A stretch of 64,000 bases of DNA, from NCBI RefSeq assembly GCF_009914755.1, contig NC_060929.1. The stretch is one strand, 5' to 3'. Origin of the DNA: the human T2T-CHM13v2.0 reference genome, Homo sapiens. Shown one piece after another: positions 13,203 through 30,616 of this stretch. The stretch's first letter is position 1; each line of letters begins with the position of its first letter. A model generated the notes under the pieces. It saw only the letters and a list, made by a program, of their open reading frames with translations, made no database searches and was not told the DNA's origin. A program made the translations under genes and the position numbers.

Positions 13203-14682
13203 TGAACAGAGGCCTAAGAAATAACACCACACATCTACAACCATCTGATTTTTGACAAACTTGACAAAAACAGCCAATAGGGAAAAAATACCCTATTTAA
13301 TAAATGATGTTGGGAAAACTGGCTAGCCATAAGCAGAAAGCTGAAACTGAACCCTTTCCTTACAACTATACAAAAATTAAATCAAGATGGATTAAAGATA
13401 CAAACATAAGACCTAAAACCATAAAAACTCTAGAAGAAAACCTAGGCAGTACCATTCAGGACATAGGCATGGGCAAAGACTTCATGACTAAAACACCAAA
13501 AGCAACTACAACAAAAGCCAAAATTGACAAATGGGATCTAATTAAACTAAAGAGCTTCTGCACAGCAAAATAAACTATCATCAGAGGGAACAGGCAACCT
13601 ACAGAATGGGAGAAACTGTTTGCAATCTATCCATCTGACAAAGGGATAATATCCAGAATCTACAAGGAACTTAAACAAATTTACAAGAAAAAAACAACCC
13701 CATAAAAGTGGGTGAAGGATCTGAACAGACACTTTTCAAAGGAAGACATTTATGTGGCCAATGAACATATGAAAAAAAGCTCATCATCTCTGGTCATTAG
13801 AGAAATGCAAGTCAAAACCACAATGAGAAAGGATCTCACTCCAGTTAGAATGGTGATTATTAAAAAGTCGGGAAACAATAGATGCTGCAGAGGATGTGGA
13901 GAAATAGGAACACTTTTACACCATTGGTCAAAATGTAAATTAGTTCAATGATTGTGGATGACAGTGTGGCAATTCCTCAAGGATCTAGAACCAGAAATAC
14001 CTTTTGACCCAGCAATCTCTTTACTGGGTGGATACCCAAAGGATTATAAATCATTCTACTATAAAGACACATGCACATGTATGTTTATTGCAGTACTGTT
14101 CACAATAGCAAAGACTTGGAACCAACCCAAATTGCCCATCAATGATAGACTGGATATAGAAAATGTGTCACTTACACACCATGGAATGCTATGCAGCCAT
14201 AAAAAAGAATGAGTTCATGTCCTTTGCAGGAACATGGATGAAGCTGGAAACCATCATCCTCAGCCAACTAACACAGAAACAGAAAACCAAACACTGCATG
14301 TTCTCACCCATAAGTGGGAGTTTAACAATGAGAACATATGGGCACAGGGAAGGGAACATCACAACCGGGGCCTGTCAGAAGGTGGGGGACAAGGGGAGGG
14401 ATAGCATTAGGAGAAATACCTAATGTAGATGATGGGTTGATGAGTGCAAACCATCATGAGACATGCATACCTATGTAAGAAACCTGCACGTTCTGCACAT
14501 GTATCCCAGACCTTAAAGTATAACAATAAAAAAAATTCAGCAATAATAATGATAATAATGGTGGCTGTTACATAATAATAAATATTGTTATATATACAGA
14601 TAAAAATAATAAACCAAATGTGGTAAAATATTAACAACTGGTGAAAGATATTTCACTAAGTTTAATCTTCATTCAAAATAAA

Positions 14683-14811
14683 ATTATTTTATTTTATGTT
14701 AAGTTACGGGGTACATATGCAGAATGTGCACGTTTGTTACATAGGTTAAACATGTGCAGTGGTGATTTGCTGCACCTATCAACTCATCACCTAGGTATTA
14801 AGCCCAGCATG
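14683..14811 (-). mobile_element. Short L1PA8-like 3' end
   Basis: ggtacatatgcagaatgtgcacgtttgttacatagg...cctaggtattaagcccagcatg. Confidence 0.85.
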
Positions 14812-14829
14812 TTTAAAAGTCATAAATTT

Positions 14830-18170
<3,341 letters not shown>

Positions 18171-18183
18171 GCAATTTATTCTT

Positions 18184-18486
18184 TTTATTCTTTTTCTTTT
18201 TTTGAGACGGAATCTCCCTCTGTCACCCAGACTGGAGTACAGTGGTGCGATCTTGGCTCACTGCAACCTCCACCTCCTGGCCTCAAACGATTCTCCTGCC
18301 TCAACCTCCCCAAGTAGCTGGGATTACAGGTGCGTGCCACCATGCCCAGCTGATTTTTGTATTTTTAGTGGAGACAGGGTTTCACCATGTTGGCCAAGCT
18401 GGTCTTGAACTCCTGACCTCAAGTGATCCGCCTGCCTCAGCCTCCCAAAGTGGTGAGATTACAGGCGTGAGCCACCGCACTGGGCC
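18184..18486 (-). mobile_element. AluSx-like
   Basis: Full Alu in reverse; TSD ag(c/t)aatttattctt. Confidence 0.94.
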
Positions 18487-19909
18487 AGTAATTTATTCTT
18501 ATGCATGAAGACAGGTTACTGTGTTACCTACCTTTCCTACAATAAGAATATATTGATTTTTCTTTCCTTTTTTAAAAAATTTTTTTTCAGATAGGGCCTC
18601 ACTCTGTTGCCCAGTGTGGATCAAAGATAATAACTGGGGACAGATAAGGCAATAATCATGCCTGGGCACTTATAGAAGAGACTGAGGACTTGGCCCAGTT
18701 TTTATCCCAGCAAAAGGGTAGAGGGTTCTGACCCAGTCATAGAAGTTTCCCTGAGCTAAAAGTGGCTAAAATGAAATCTGTTCACAGTCTCCCTTAATGC
18801 TAGTCTCAGAAATTTCCCAGGAAGTTATCAGTTCTTGCCCTGAGAAATTCCATCAGTCTTTGAGCAAAAGGAATATCTTCTGTCTAAATAAAGAAGCATG
18901 AATTTAAGGAGAGAATTGGCACATGTTTATTTATCATTCCGCTCTGTGGCTTCTTTGGAGAGAACCATGGCCACGATCTATTACCAACCTCTATTCAGGG
19001 ATTTTCCAGAGTTTTTCCAAGCATTGCCCATAACATAATACTGTATGGGGGAGTGTGGAAGTGAAAAAAAAAAATGGAAAATGAAACCCAAATGTTTTAG
19101 GGCTTAGAGACAGGGAAATATCATGTCTAGCTCAACCAGATCAGAATAAGTCTCCCTGATTGAGAAGCATTTAGTTTAAAAATAGAGAGAAAGAAATTAG
19201 AGAAAGTAGGTTAAGAGAACGTTCCCATAGGATAAGGGAGGGTGGTGCTGATGTGAACTTGGTTAGAGGTAGTGGGATGGAGATGGAGGTAGGAGGTCCA
19301 AAGATGCCAGTAATATAGAGTGAAATACTAGACAACCAACTGGCATGTGGAGGGTCAGAGAGAGGTAAAAGATAAAGATTCTACGCAGGCCTGTGGTCAG
19401 AGTGGCTGGAACAATTGATAATGCTTTTAAAATAAAGAGCAAAATCCCTTTTTTTGAGACAAAAAGTATTGGACTTGTTATCTTTCAGGCACTAGTCAGA
19501 TATGCTTATAGGGCTATATGGTAAGCAACCACATGTAAGGGACGAAATGGTCAAAGCCAATAACAGCAATGCCCAGCTTTTATGAAATACATTATATTCT
19601 TCCAAGTCTTAACTTGATTTGATGTTCACACTAACCCTATTAGTCAATCAAGAAACTTATACTGTACTTACTGTCAATTTAAATTTTGAAATGAGCCACC
19701 ATGATAAGAAATGTTACATTGTGCATAGCAGAGCTGGAAACTTGGAGATGCCTGATACATTTAGTACATTTATGCCAGAAGAGCCTAACTATCTTATCAA
19801 TTGAGATATCACTGAGATAATATGAATGGATTCTAGACTACTCTAAAGAGAACAAGAGTTATTTGGTTCATATTTATTTGGTATAGATTATTTAAATGAA
19901 AATTAAATG

Positions 19910-20230
19910 TAGTTATCAGGGCTGGGGGGAGGATGCGGAGACATTAGTCAAAGGGTACAAAGTTTCAGTTAGACGGGAGGGATACAGTTTTTAGATCTAT
20001 TGCACAGCAAGGTGACCATAGTTAATAATAATGTGTTGTATATTTCAAAATTGCTGAGCATAAATTTCAAATGTACCACCAAAAAAAGACAGGTGAAGTG
20101 ATTGATATGTTAATTTGCTTCATTGAATGATTCCATGTAGTATACATATATCAAAAACATCACATTGTACCCCATAAATATAAACAAGTATGATTTGTTG
20201 ATTAAAAATACTATTTATTAAAAAAGAAAA
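19910..20230 (+). mobile_element. L1MA-type 3' end
   Basis: aagggtacaaagtttcagttagac...cacattgtaccccataaatata, A-rich tail. Confidence 0.85.
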
Positions 20231-20314
20231 ACATTGGCCATTTTCTCTTCAAGCTGTTCAACCTTATTAACCCATTCATAATCAATGTGTTTATTCGAAC
20301 CTCTAGTATATCAG

Positions 20315-20812
20315 TGTGTTAACCATGTCTTTTCTTTTTTGATGCTTTGACAATTTGGGTCTTCTTGACCCTGAAGGGATTGCTCATCCCAGGATTAGCG
20401 AATTCCTAGAGATAGCAAAGGACCAGCCTGCAAAAGTGTCTTTCATATGCAAGCCAACCAATCCGGAGCGCATACCCCCACATCTTTTTTATGGGGCTCT
20501 TACACACCTTTCCCTAATCAACCCAGGGCCAGGTACAAAACAACTAGGAACTGCCCCCTGTGCCCCAGGTCCCACTGAAGTTATTCAAAGTAGTTAATTC
20601 TAAACCTGCTTACCCTGCCTCACCTGTTTCGTCCTGCAAAGACCACAGCAATGGCTCTTGACCATGAACCCTACCCAACACGCCTCCTGACCAACTCTGG
20701 TGCTTTCCTGTGTGGCTCCCATGGGATCTGTGAGTATAATTGTCTTTTCAATGGCAGTTGTCCCTTGATCTGTTGGCCTTACCATACCTAAATCATAAGA
20801 AAATCTACATTG
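20315..20812 (+). mobile_element. Old solo LTR, probably ERVL class (MER76/LTR47-like; subfamily uncertain)
   Basis: ctgaagggattgctcatcccaggattagcgaattcctagagatag, catatgcaagccaaccaatcc, gatctgttggccttaccatacc match a recalled LTR consensus. Confidence 0.65.
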
Positions 20813-21291
20813 TAAAGCAACCGTTAGAAAAAGAGGTCTGAAATAATTAAGAAAACTGAATGTGAACAGATTCCCATGTGGCTTGAAGAGCATAGCCATC
20901 ATTAAAACAAAACACACCAAAACTGTCAATGTGACAAGTATAATGACTGACAGGAGAGATATTTTTTAAAAAAGTGTCTCTCATATAAATATTATGTAGA
21001 AAACCAGATTATTTCAACATTGTCAATTCATCAAAATGAATGTATTAAAATTTTTAAGTCTTTAAATTATTTTCTAATACTAAATATTTTTATTTTTAAA
21101 TAATTTTGTCTTTGGATCTTGATATACATATATGCATAATATTACAAAAAGATCATTACACCAATAATCATCACTTTTCACATTTTAACTTTTCTGTATG
21201 TATCTCTTTACCCATATAGTTTGTACATAATAAAATTATATTGCATATAACACTGTAAAATGAGAAAATTTTTTCCATTAATGCTATATTT

Positions 21292-21507
21292 CAATGTGGA
21301 CAAACTCTGGGCAGCAGGCAAACCTGGGCTACTGCTTACATTTTTAAATAAAATTTAATCAGGACACAGCCATGCCCACTCATACATGCATTGTCAATGG
21401 CTATTTTACCACAATGGTAGAGCTGAATGGTTGCAACAGATAACAGATGGCCTACAAAGCCTAAACTTACTAATTGGTCTTTTATGAAAAAAAGTTTATC
21501 AACTCTG
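21292..21507 (+). mobile_element. MER58A (hAT-Charlie MITE)
   Basis: acacagccatgcccactcat...tggcctacaaagcctaaa...aaagtttatcaactctg. Confidence 0.82.
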
Positions 21508-22584
21508 ATACAGTATGTACATTTTTCATGTTACCTCAATATAATATAATATAATATAAAAGTTTAAATTGTACAGTAATTTATTACAAGTACATATTAT
21601 AATTGAATAAATCAAGTGCCAATTCTTGGATCAGAATGTCGGATTCATAATTCTCAGAAATAAATGTTTTCTATTTGTTTTTAGATTATGATGTTTTAAA
21701 GAAGTCTAAAAGGAGTACTTCTTAAATAATATATTTAAGCATTATTAAACTTTAAACTGTAATTAAAAAGCAAAATAATGATTTTGTATATTAGGACTTA
21801 AAAGTCCATGGCACTTTCAGAGTATGTAACAATAGCACAGCCAATATTAAGCATGAAATAGAGAAGTCATTTCTACACACACAAGTACTGAAAATGCCCA
21901 TGTTCTGCTCAACCACATGTATTCTCTCTGCTTGTTGTGTATTTTAAAAAAAAGCCAGTACAGCATATGAATAGTTCCTAAACTCTTACATAAATGTCCC
22001 TCACATTTTTGTACCAATTTGATTAGGTAGAATACATTCAAGAAGGAGGAGTATGGGAGGAGGAGGAGGAAGAGGAGGGTAGGAGACTAACATTCTTGTG
22101 TTCCATGTAATTCTTTCTCAAAAGATCTATCAATGACTATGTTAATAAAAACTTGAATATGTGGGATCGCATATGGAAAGACTGAAGCTCTCACAGAAGA
22201 ACCCAGTTCACTTTAAATTAGACTTTCATCTTAGCTCTACAGAATGAAATCAGGAATAAAAGGAATAAAAGACAATAATGGGAGGTACACCAAGAAGAAC
22301 TTTATACTGTTGATAGTAATAAGATACCTGGGATTATGCTTATTTTTTAAATGAACTACATGTAATAAACATTGAGTTTTAGTTTGCCATGTTTGGATAA
22401 ATTTACTTATTACTGAGACTTCCTAACATGTAAAATAACTTCAGACTGATGAAAATAATTTTAGTATAAAACAAAAATATGTCATATCACAGTATATTGA
22501 AACAAATTACTGCCTATGTGCCTCTCTTCCACATCCAGATTTTGATGAGTTATCCTAGCTTTATAACTTCTTATAAAACTGCTA

Positions 22585-23018
<434 letters not shown>

Positions 23019-24587
23019 TTAAGCAGTCTTTACATCATTACAGCTAAGATTATGGAATCATTTCTAATCAGCTGGTCAATTAACTTAATACCCTTGAGAC
23101 TTGTTCATGATCTGTTTAAAATCTCACTTTGAAAATCACAACATCTTAACTTTATTGGTAAATGCAAAGATAAGTAGGCATTATTTGTTCTTGTTACATA
23201 CAATTAAGTAAATATAATCAATAAATGAATCAATAGAAAAGAACAAGACTAAAGTTTTACTTTCTTTTCTCTGCCTCTGCTGATTTTCTTTTTTATCTTT
23301 AATTTTGCCAATAATTAGGAGACAAGGTAAATTCAGGACAGGAATGATTCTATAAAACCATGCTTCTGGTTTATATTATCTGACATACTTTTTTAATCCA
23401 TCACAAGATGTGCTTCAAACTGACGCAGACAGCATTACCAAAGAGGACAGCTGAGGTTAGACTACTCACAAACAATTATAAACAAATGAATTGTTTACTT
23501 AATTTGTAATGTTCGAGAAGTCAATTATGCTCCAATTTTCAAAGCCCTGCAAGCACCCAACCAGATTCCTTTCCTTACGCAGATCACAGGTTCGTACTGC
23601 AACTCACTACTGTCTCAGAACTAAAGCTTTCCTGTTTCTCATTTGTTATGTTCCACCAATGTCAAAGAGAGCACAACAGTCATGAACTTATCAATAAATC
23701 ACATTAATGTCAGGCTCCAATTGTGTGGTAATGTCCTGGAAAAATGCAGCCAGGGCTAAGTAAATAAGTCTAGCTGTGTTGTTATTTCAGAGGTGGAAGA
23801 AGCCATTTTACATAAGCACACTAAATGGATAAGAACTAGATTGTCCCCACTTCCAGAATGTACTTCCTGGTATACGAAGAGAAGCATTACTCTTAACAGG
23901 TTATTTAATGTCACTTAAGTGCTCTCTTGACCTGAAAGAAACACAAGTCCAGCTATTTCTTAAGGATGAGAGTGGGTGAGCTTCCAAGATGGGTTTGGAG
24001 ATATTACAGGTGCAGTTAATATTAAGGTCTCCTTGCCTCTGACTTCTCATAATCTTACTTCAGATACTACTGCATTCTTTTTACTCTAGATTTTACTATT
24101 AATAGAACATATCATTCTTAAAAAATAAATTTGCCAGTTGAAAAATAATTCAAATGTTAAAGTCAAATAAAGGAAATGCTAAGGTTAATAAGGTTCTTCC
24201 AAGGTTCCTTTCTGCCACCATCTGCCCCTGCCAAAATCCCAGACCTCAAGGGAAACCATTCAACAGATGGGCGTAAAAAATGCCAAAACTTCTGGGGCAT
24301 ACACAGGCATAGCATATATTTTTAAATATGTCAGTAAAAAACTATACCATCCTGTTAGATTAATTTAAGAAATTTACTTCTCCATATAGCACAAGTGGTA
24401 CCTATAGAGCCACCTCACATTCTTTAACAGCAATGTAATGTTTTTTGGTGTGGGTATAATGTGATCTATTTAACCAATCCTCCATAAAGTATAAAGTATT
24501 TTATATTATTTCTCATTCTTTAATTCTACAAATGTGCTACAATGAATATCTTGGTACACATTAGCTGGCATAGTATTTATTAGAAAT

Positions 24588-24818
24588 CACTTAGTGTTTA
24601 CTATCCTCCAGGCACGGTTACAAACCCTTTAATCATTCAATTCTCATAAGAAGTGTTTGAATTCAGTAGTTTTATTATCTCCTATTTGGAATTAGGAAAA
24701 AAAAAAGGAGACATAGAAAAAGCAATTTTTCCATGTAGCTATTAAGTGACAATGCTGGTTTCAAACTGAGGCTGTCATGCTCCAAGATCAAAACTCTTAA
24801 CAACTACACTGTACTGCC
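24588..24818 (-). mobile_element. MIR
   Basis: Degenerate MIR pattern ending ctcttaacaactacactgtactgcc. Confidence 0.65.
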
Positions 24819-25974
24819 TAAAGTGCCTTTGCTTTGGATGAAGGTCCAAAATTTAAAAACTCACCTCTGTGTTTTTCTGAATGTGCTTAGATCTTTAATT
24901 ACCAGCCAGCTTCTGGATTAAATGTTTCACCTTGACACCAAGCTTAAATGGACAAATCATTCTCTTAACTGTATTCCAGTTCTTTGTTCTCAGCCCAGTT
25001 GTGGTTCCCTCACTCTAGAATTCTGATGTGCTTCTGTGATTTAAGCCCACTCATAGCTTTGGCTTGAAAATAAAATAACTTGATCACAGCAGTATAAAAA
25101 TGTTTAAGGAGTCTGTGTCAGTTATGATACTTGGGAAAAACATGAATGTTTAGGACACTGAAGAATACTTTTGCTCAGAATCAATGGCCTGAGATTAATG
25201 TGTGGGTTTGTGACCTTGAAATTTAATTTCCTATCCATACGATCCAGAAATTTACCAAAATTATCCCTCAGATATATTTCAACAGTAAAATTTAGCGATA
25301 AGTCCCTACGTTTCCTGATTCCTGATTCGGATGTCAGCGATCTAGTTTGTAGGGTTTTCCTGATCCTATGAGTCTGAACTGTCATCATCTCAGCCATTAT
25401 GAACATCAAAACGAGCAATGTGAACAAACCATCAGTTCTAACTTTTACTGATCTGGCTGAACCAGTGTAAATGGATCAGCAGTTTTTTCTTCCTCGACTT
25501 AATGTTCTTGAGGATGTTACTCAAAAACATTCGCATAAAATGGAGCCATAAGAAAAAAATAATTCCTGGCATGGCATTTTAGGATTTTTTTGTTATAAAT
25601 TTTTGGGGAAAATGTGTTTGACGTATAAGATGAAAGTTTCTCCTGCATTTGTGCAGGAGAGCTTAGGCTCTTGGGCCAGAGACCAGACATTGAGGGTGGG
25701 AATCAACCAGGTTTTCAGACTATGAAGTATGAAAGGTAGGAAGCTGTGAAAAGCATTGAAGAGGAACTAAAAAAGAGTTCACATGAAATGGCATACCAAA
25801 AGAAACAGACATTTTTAAGGTGAATTTTGCAGCCTTGCCCGAGGGTCAAAATAATGTATTGGTCAATCTAGACAGAAGCTGTTTCTTAAAGTGAAATTTT
25901 AAGTATTATATGACAGATGGATTATAGGAAATAAAATTAAGGAAGAAAAAGTTACTGTAATTAAGGAGTCATTT

Positions 25975-26175
25975 TTTAAATTCAAATCCCAACTCATATT
26001 AGTTGTGTAAGCACAGAAAAATCGCTTAACATCTATGAGCCTCCATCTCAAACTTACAAAAGGGAGCTATTTGTTTCTACCTTGTAGATCTTTTGTGAGT
26101 ATAAGCTGATTTAACATACTTGTAAAAGATTTATAAACTGTGAGTATCAAGTAAATATATAGATAGTTCTTGTTA
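25975..26175 (+). mobile_element. MIR
   Basis: ttcaaatcccaactc...cttaacatctatgagcctc. Confidence 0.65.
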
Positions 26176-26804
26176 TCATGATTATATCACAATTTCTCAA
26201 AGTAGGACTCCATCTGAATGAATATTGGTGACTAGGATACTTTCCTACTGTCCTTGGCCTTTTACCTTTGTCCACTCCAAATAAGTGACATGCTACAGCT
26301 GGCACGTAAGTGGTTACTGAAGGGAAAATGTAATTAATTCCATTTATTCCTTGGTTATTCTCAACCAGCTGTTCTTCTCATAGATTTCAAGACCTGATCC
26401 CAGCTTTTTCAATTTTTATAAGCCATTCTTTGAATTACTAGAACATGACTTTTATAATTAAATCCTCTATGTTTTTTTTCCTGGAATTTCTGCTTCAGCC
26501 TTTGTCACAAATAATTACTGGGGGAGGTGGATTCCTATAAGTTCTGAAGTCATAAAGTCCAACAATTAGCAATCTATATATTTTCTCAAGAAAGGTGCAA
26601 CTATTTCATGTTATTGGCTTATAAATGAGCAACATCCACAGAGATTGCATAGAAGAAATTTGAATTTTAGAAACCAAAGTACAGACATTGCATGGTTTTT
26701 TAAGAAAAACAGGACATTCACAACAATAATATACGTATCAAGGCTATTTCTGTCATATTTATTCTAACACATTTCAACAAGATGAATGGTCCCACGTTGC
26801 CTCT

Positions 26805-26990
26805 CCTGGAACCAGCACTAGGCCAGCTGCCTCAGAGTCACCTTGAGAGCTTTGAGAAATAATTCTTCAGCCCTTCTACTAAATGATTAAATGATAACCA
26901 CTGAGTATGGGATTCAAGATTCAAAGTATTCTTTAAAGTTTTCTAGGTTTGAACATATTCTGATGCCAAGCCAAGTTTGGGTGCCACCTT
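26805..26990. mobile_element. MER5-like hAT MITE
   Basis: cagctgcctcagagtcaccttg...ttctgatgccaagccaagtttgg. Confidence 0.5.
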
Positions 26991-27961
26991 TGAGTGCCAA
27001 ACTTGATGATATACACGTGTACATGTAGCCATGGATTTGACTTCCTAATTCTAGGTATTCCCTTCTCTCTTCTCTCTTCATATTAGGTAGCTGTGAAGGA
27101 TTAACCTTTTCAACTGTATAGCTCCATAACATAGTACAACAAGTGGCATGTGACACTTACTTGATGCATCATTCAATGCACAAAGACTGAATTCTGCTGA
27201 ATTTTATCCCAGCATTATTTGAGAACAAAACTCAGAGTAATTTAAGAAAAGACAGGGCAACTGAAAAATACAACTGAGACTGAATACATCTTCCATTGTT
27301 ATTATCTAAACAACTGAATTTCTGCAGCTAGTCAAATTGATTTGCTGTAATGTTCTATTGAAATAAAAAGTAGATAAAAGGAAAATATTAGGATTAATGG
27401 AAAATTATGTACATCTTTGTATGTCAGAGAGAATAAGACTCAGATAATCTAAGAAAAAATTTGGTCTGTGAATGGAATCATTCAAAGTTACACTAAAGAA
27501 AAGTTAAATTCTTTAATTTCTGTGAAATCAAAAACCAGTTTACTATTTGAGCTACAGTGACTCTCATAAAATAAATTGAGCTGTATAATTTCACTTTAGA
27601 AACGGTGCTTTGGAGACAGATTTTCTTAAAATGTCCCATTTCTCTTTCTGATCCTTTTGACCATAAAAATGTTTTTGTATGCAAATAAATTCTAGTTGTA
27701 GTTCACTCAGTCTTTACTCTCTAACACTGGAACAACTCAATTAGGTTTCATAAATTGGTAAAAGAGGAATAGAATCAAATACACTCATACCTGATAAAAT
27801 GTAAATATGCATTGGTTTTATTAATTAAAGCACCAATTTGTTAAATATCCTACTGTTCTTCTGTATATATGGCTTCTTTTTTTAGGTCACAGAGCAATTT
27901 TATCGCTTTTCTCCTTAGAGAACCTTGACATCTACCACTTCTCAAAGTTAAATCCATTTTC

Positions 27962-28196
27962 TCTTGGCTCACTGCAACCTCTGCCTCCCAGGTTCAACCA
28001 CTTCTCCTGCCTCAGCCTCCCAAGTAGCTGAGATTACAGATGCCTGCCACCATGCCTGGCTAATTTTTGTATTTTTGGTAGAGACGGGGTTTCGCCATGT
28101 TGGCTAAGCTGGTCTCGAACTCTTGACCTCAAGTGATCAACCCGCCTCGGCCTCCCGAAGTGCTGGGATTATAGGCATGAGCCACTGTGCCCGGCC
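27962..28196 (-). mobile_element. AluS lacking 3' end and poly(A) tail
   Basis: Alu similarity begins at ttggctcactgcaacc and ends at cccggcc; flanked by direct repeat cattttctctt. Confidence 0.92.
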
Positions 28197-28623
28197 CATT
28201 TTCTCTTTTCTTAAAGAATATGTGTTAGATTTTGTAAAGTGCTGATTTTATTTACCAGATAGCACAAAATCCAGTACATGGTAGTACTTAACAAATGTTT
28301 TTGAATAAATTAATAGCTTAAGGTTTTCAACAAGCAGAGCTCGAAGAAAAAAAATGTTTAGTCAAAATGAAACAATTTTATTCTAGAACTCATTTCCCAA
28401 ACACTGAAGCAAGAACACAGGAAAATTCCTTAGTACTCAACTAATGGTGAATGATATGACTCCCAAGATATACAGTAGTCTCTCCTTACAAAGCATCTTA
28501 TTAATTACTAGATGAAAACTTATTAGAGGCCAATTACTAGACTATAACACAAGATTAAAATAGATCTACCCATAAATGGTAGACAGAAAATACTTCTTGA
28601 TTTCTTCAGTTTGATTTCATCAG

Positions 28624-29134
28624 TGTGAGATTATAAAGATGACTCCAAATCCCTCCTTACATCCCCTTGTGTTATGTGTCATTGCAGAGCCTCCTATGAA
28701 AAGGTCAACTCTGTTTCTCACTCCTTGAGCTTGAGTTGGCTAAGTGGCCTCCCTTGTCCAGTGGGGCATTAGCCAGCCTGTCACAAACAGGGGACTCAAA
28801 AATGCTTGTATATTGGAGTCCACCCTCTCTTGCTGATCTTGGAAACCCTAAAACTACTACTATGTGGACAAGACTAGAGTGGCCAGATGGATGCTAAAAG
28901 ACACTTAGAGAATTACTCTTATAACCCTAGCTATCATTGCAGTTGAGAGAAAGACAACTGGTACATTATTGGCCTATCAACTGTCATTTAAGTGCAGAAC
29001 CATAAATGATTACAAACAAAGAACAGCCAACAAAAGCCAGCCCAAATTGCTGACACTCAAAGTTGTGAGCTAAATATCTTAAAACCATTAACTTTTGGAG
29101 CAATGTGTTAAGGCAGCAAAAACTAACTTATACA
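28624..29134 (+). mobile_element. MLT1 (G-like) MaLR LTR
   Basis: Degenerate MLT1 with 3' end ttttggagcaatgtgttaaggcagcaaaaactaacttataca. Confidence 0.7.
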
Positions 29135-29159
29135 AGGAGATAAAATGAAATTCAAGATA

Positions 29160-29645
29160 TTTTTTAACTTTCCCTTTTGATTTCTTCTTTGACCTAGTAG
29201 CTCTTCTGAAGTGTGTTGTTTAATTTTCCCATATTTGTCTCTTTTTTTTAGTTTTCCTCTTGTTATTCATAATTTTGTGGTCAGAAAATATTGACATGAT
29301 TTCAATCTTCTTAAATTTGTTAAGACTTGTTTTGCAGCCTAACATATGATATAGCCTGGAGAATGTTTCCTGTGTACTTAGGAAGAATGTTTATTCTGCT
29401 ACTATTGGGTGGAAGAGTCTGTATAGTTCCATTCTGTCTAAAGTGTAATTCAACTCCAGTGTTGCCATATTCATTTTCTGTCTGGATGGTCTATCTGCTA
29501 TTGAAAGTGGTGTGTCAAAGTCCTCTACTATTATTGTGTTGCTGTGTATTTCTTCCTTCCCAGATCTGTTAATATTTGCTTTAGATATTTAGGTCCTCTG
29601 ATGGTGGGTACATATATATTTACAATTGTTATATCCTCTTCATAG
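29160..29645 (-). mobile_element. L1M ORF2 endonuclease-region fragment
   Basis: atttcttctttgacc...cctggagaatgtttcctgtgtactt...tatatttacaattgttatatcctctt. Confidence 0.85.
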
Positions 29646-30134
29646 AGTTTTTATGGTACTTTTGTTGGAGATAATTTATTAGATTTAATATAATCAAAAT
29701 TCCCCAACATGTTTTTTGTGTCATGTTTCAGAAATTCGTCAGTAACAAAATCCATAAAAGCATTATCTTATGTTATCCTACAAAACCTCTGTGTCTTTGA
29801 CATTTAGACCCTTCATCCACCTAGAATTAATTTTTTTTACAATAGTCATGTTCTTTACTGATCAGTGTGTATATGCTATTCACTATGTTCTCTTATTACT
29901 CATTTTACAAGAGCCCGTTCAAACATTATCTACTTGGTGAATCCTTCCACCAAGTCACAGTTTACTAATTTATTCTTGATGCTTTCATACTAGGGTGTAA
30001 TCCAACAATGATTTTTGAGAACAAATATGTTCTGGGTACTAGACTAAATTCTGGAGATACAAACAAGAGTAAGTTACAGCTTTTGCCTTCAGCATTTCAT
30101 TGCTCTCTTCAAGGTTTTTTTCCTTTTCTCTTCT

Positions 30135-30616
30135 CCTCTTTTTTGGTGCCCTGGGCCCTCTGGGCACTCTGCTGAAGTCTATGAATTATCTTTTTATCTT
30201 TTTAAAATACTATTTTATATTTGTAATGACTAAATAAACAATACAACAAAGGAATCCCATGTATTAGAATAGTTGTCAAAGTGCTAAAAATTGTAATATC
30301 ACAATACCTGAGTTTCTTAATAGTCACATGAATTAACAAGGTCTGGGGAAATAGAATAACTACTATAATTTTGGGGTACTAGTGAACTCAATATTTTTAC
30401 ATAATAGAAATAATCATAATATGGTATAAAATACCATATTTATTGGTGACAATGTCACAGTATTAGTATTGCTAATATTACTGTGGTAAGTTTCCTGCAA
30501 TCATAACTGAAGGTAATGCTAAATTTTAGTTCAATATTAGTGAAACTAAAGATACCATTTTTTCCTATTCAAGTTTGTGATCTCTATATTCTGTGGCCTC
30601 AGGTTATGAACCCCTG
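30135..30616. mobile_element. Charlie4a-like hAT fossil
   Basis: attggtgacaatgtcacag...gaaggtaatgctaaatttt...caggttatgaacccctg. Confidence 0.75.
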
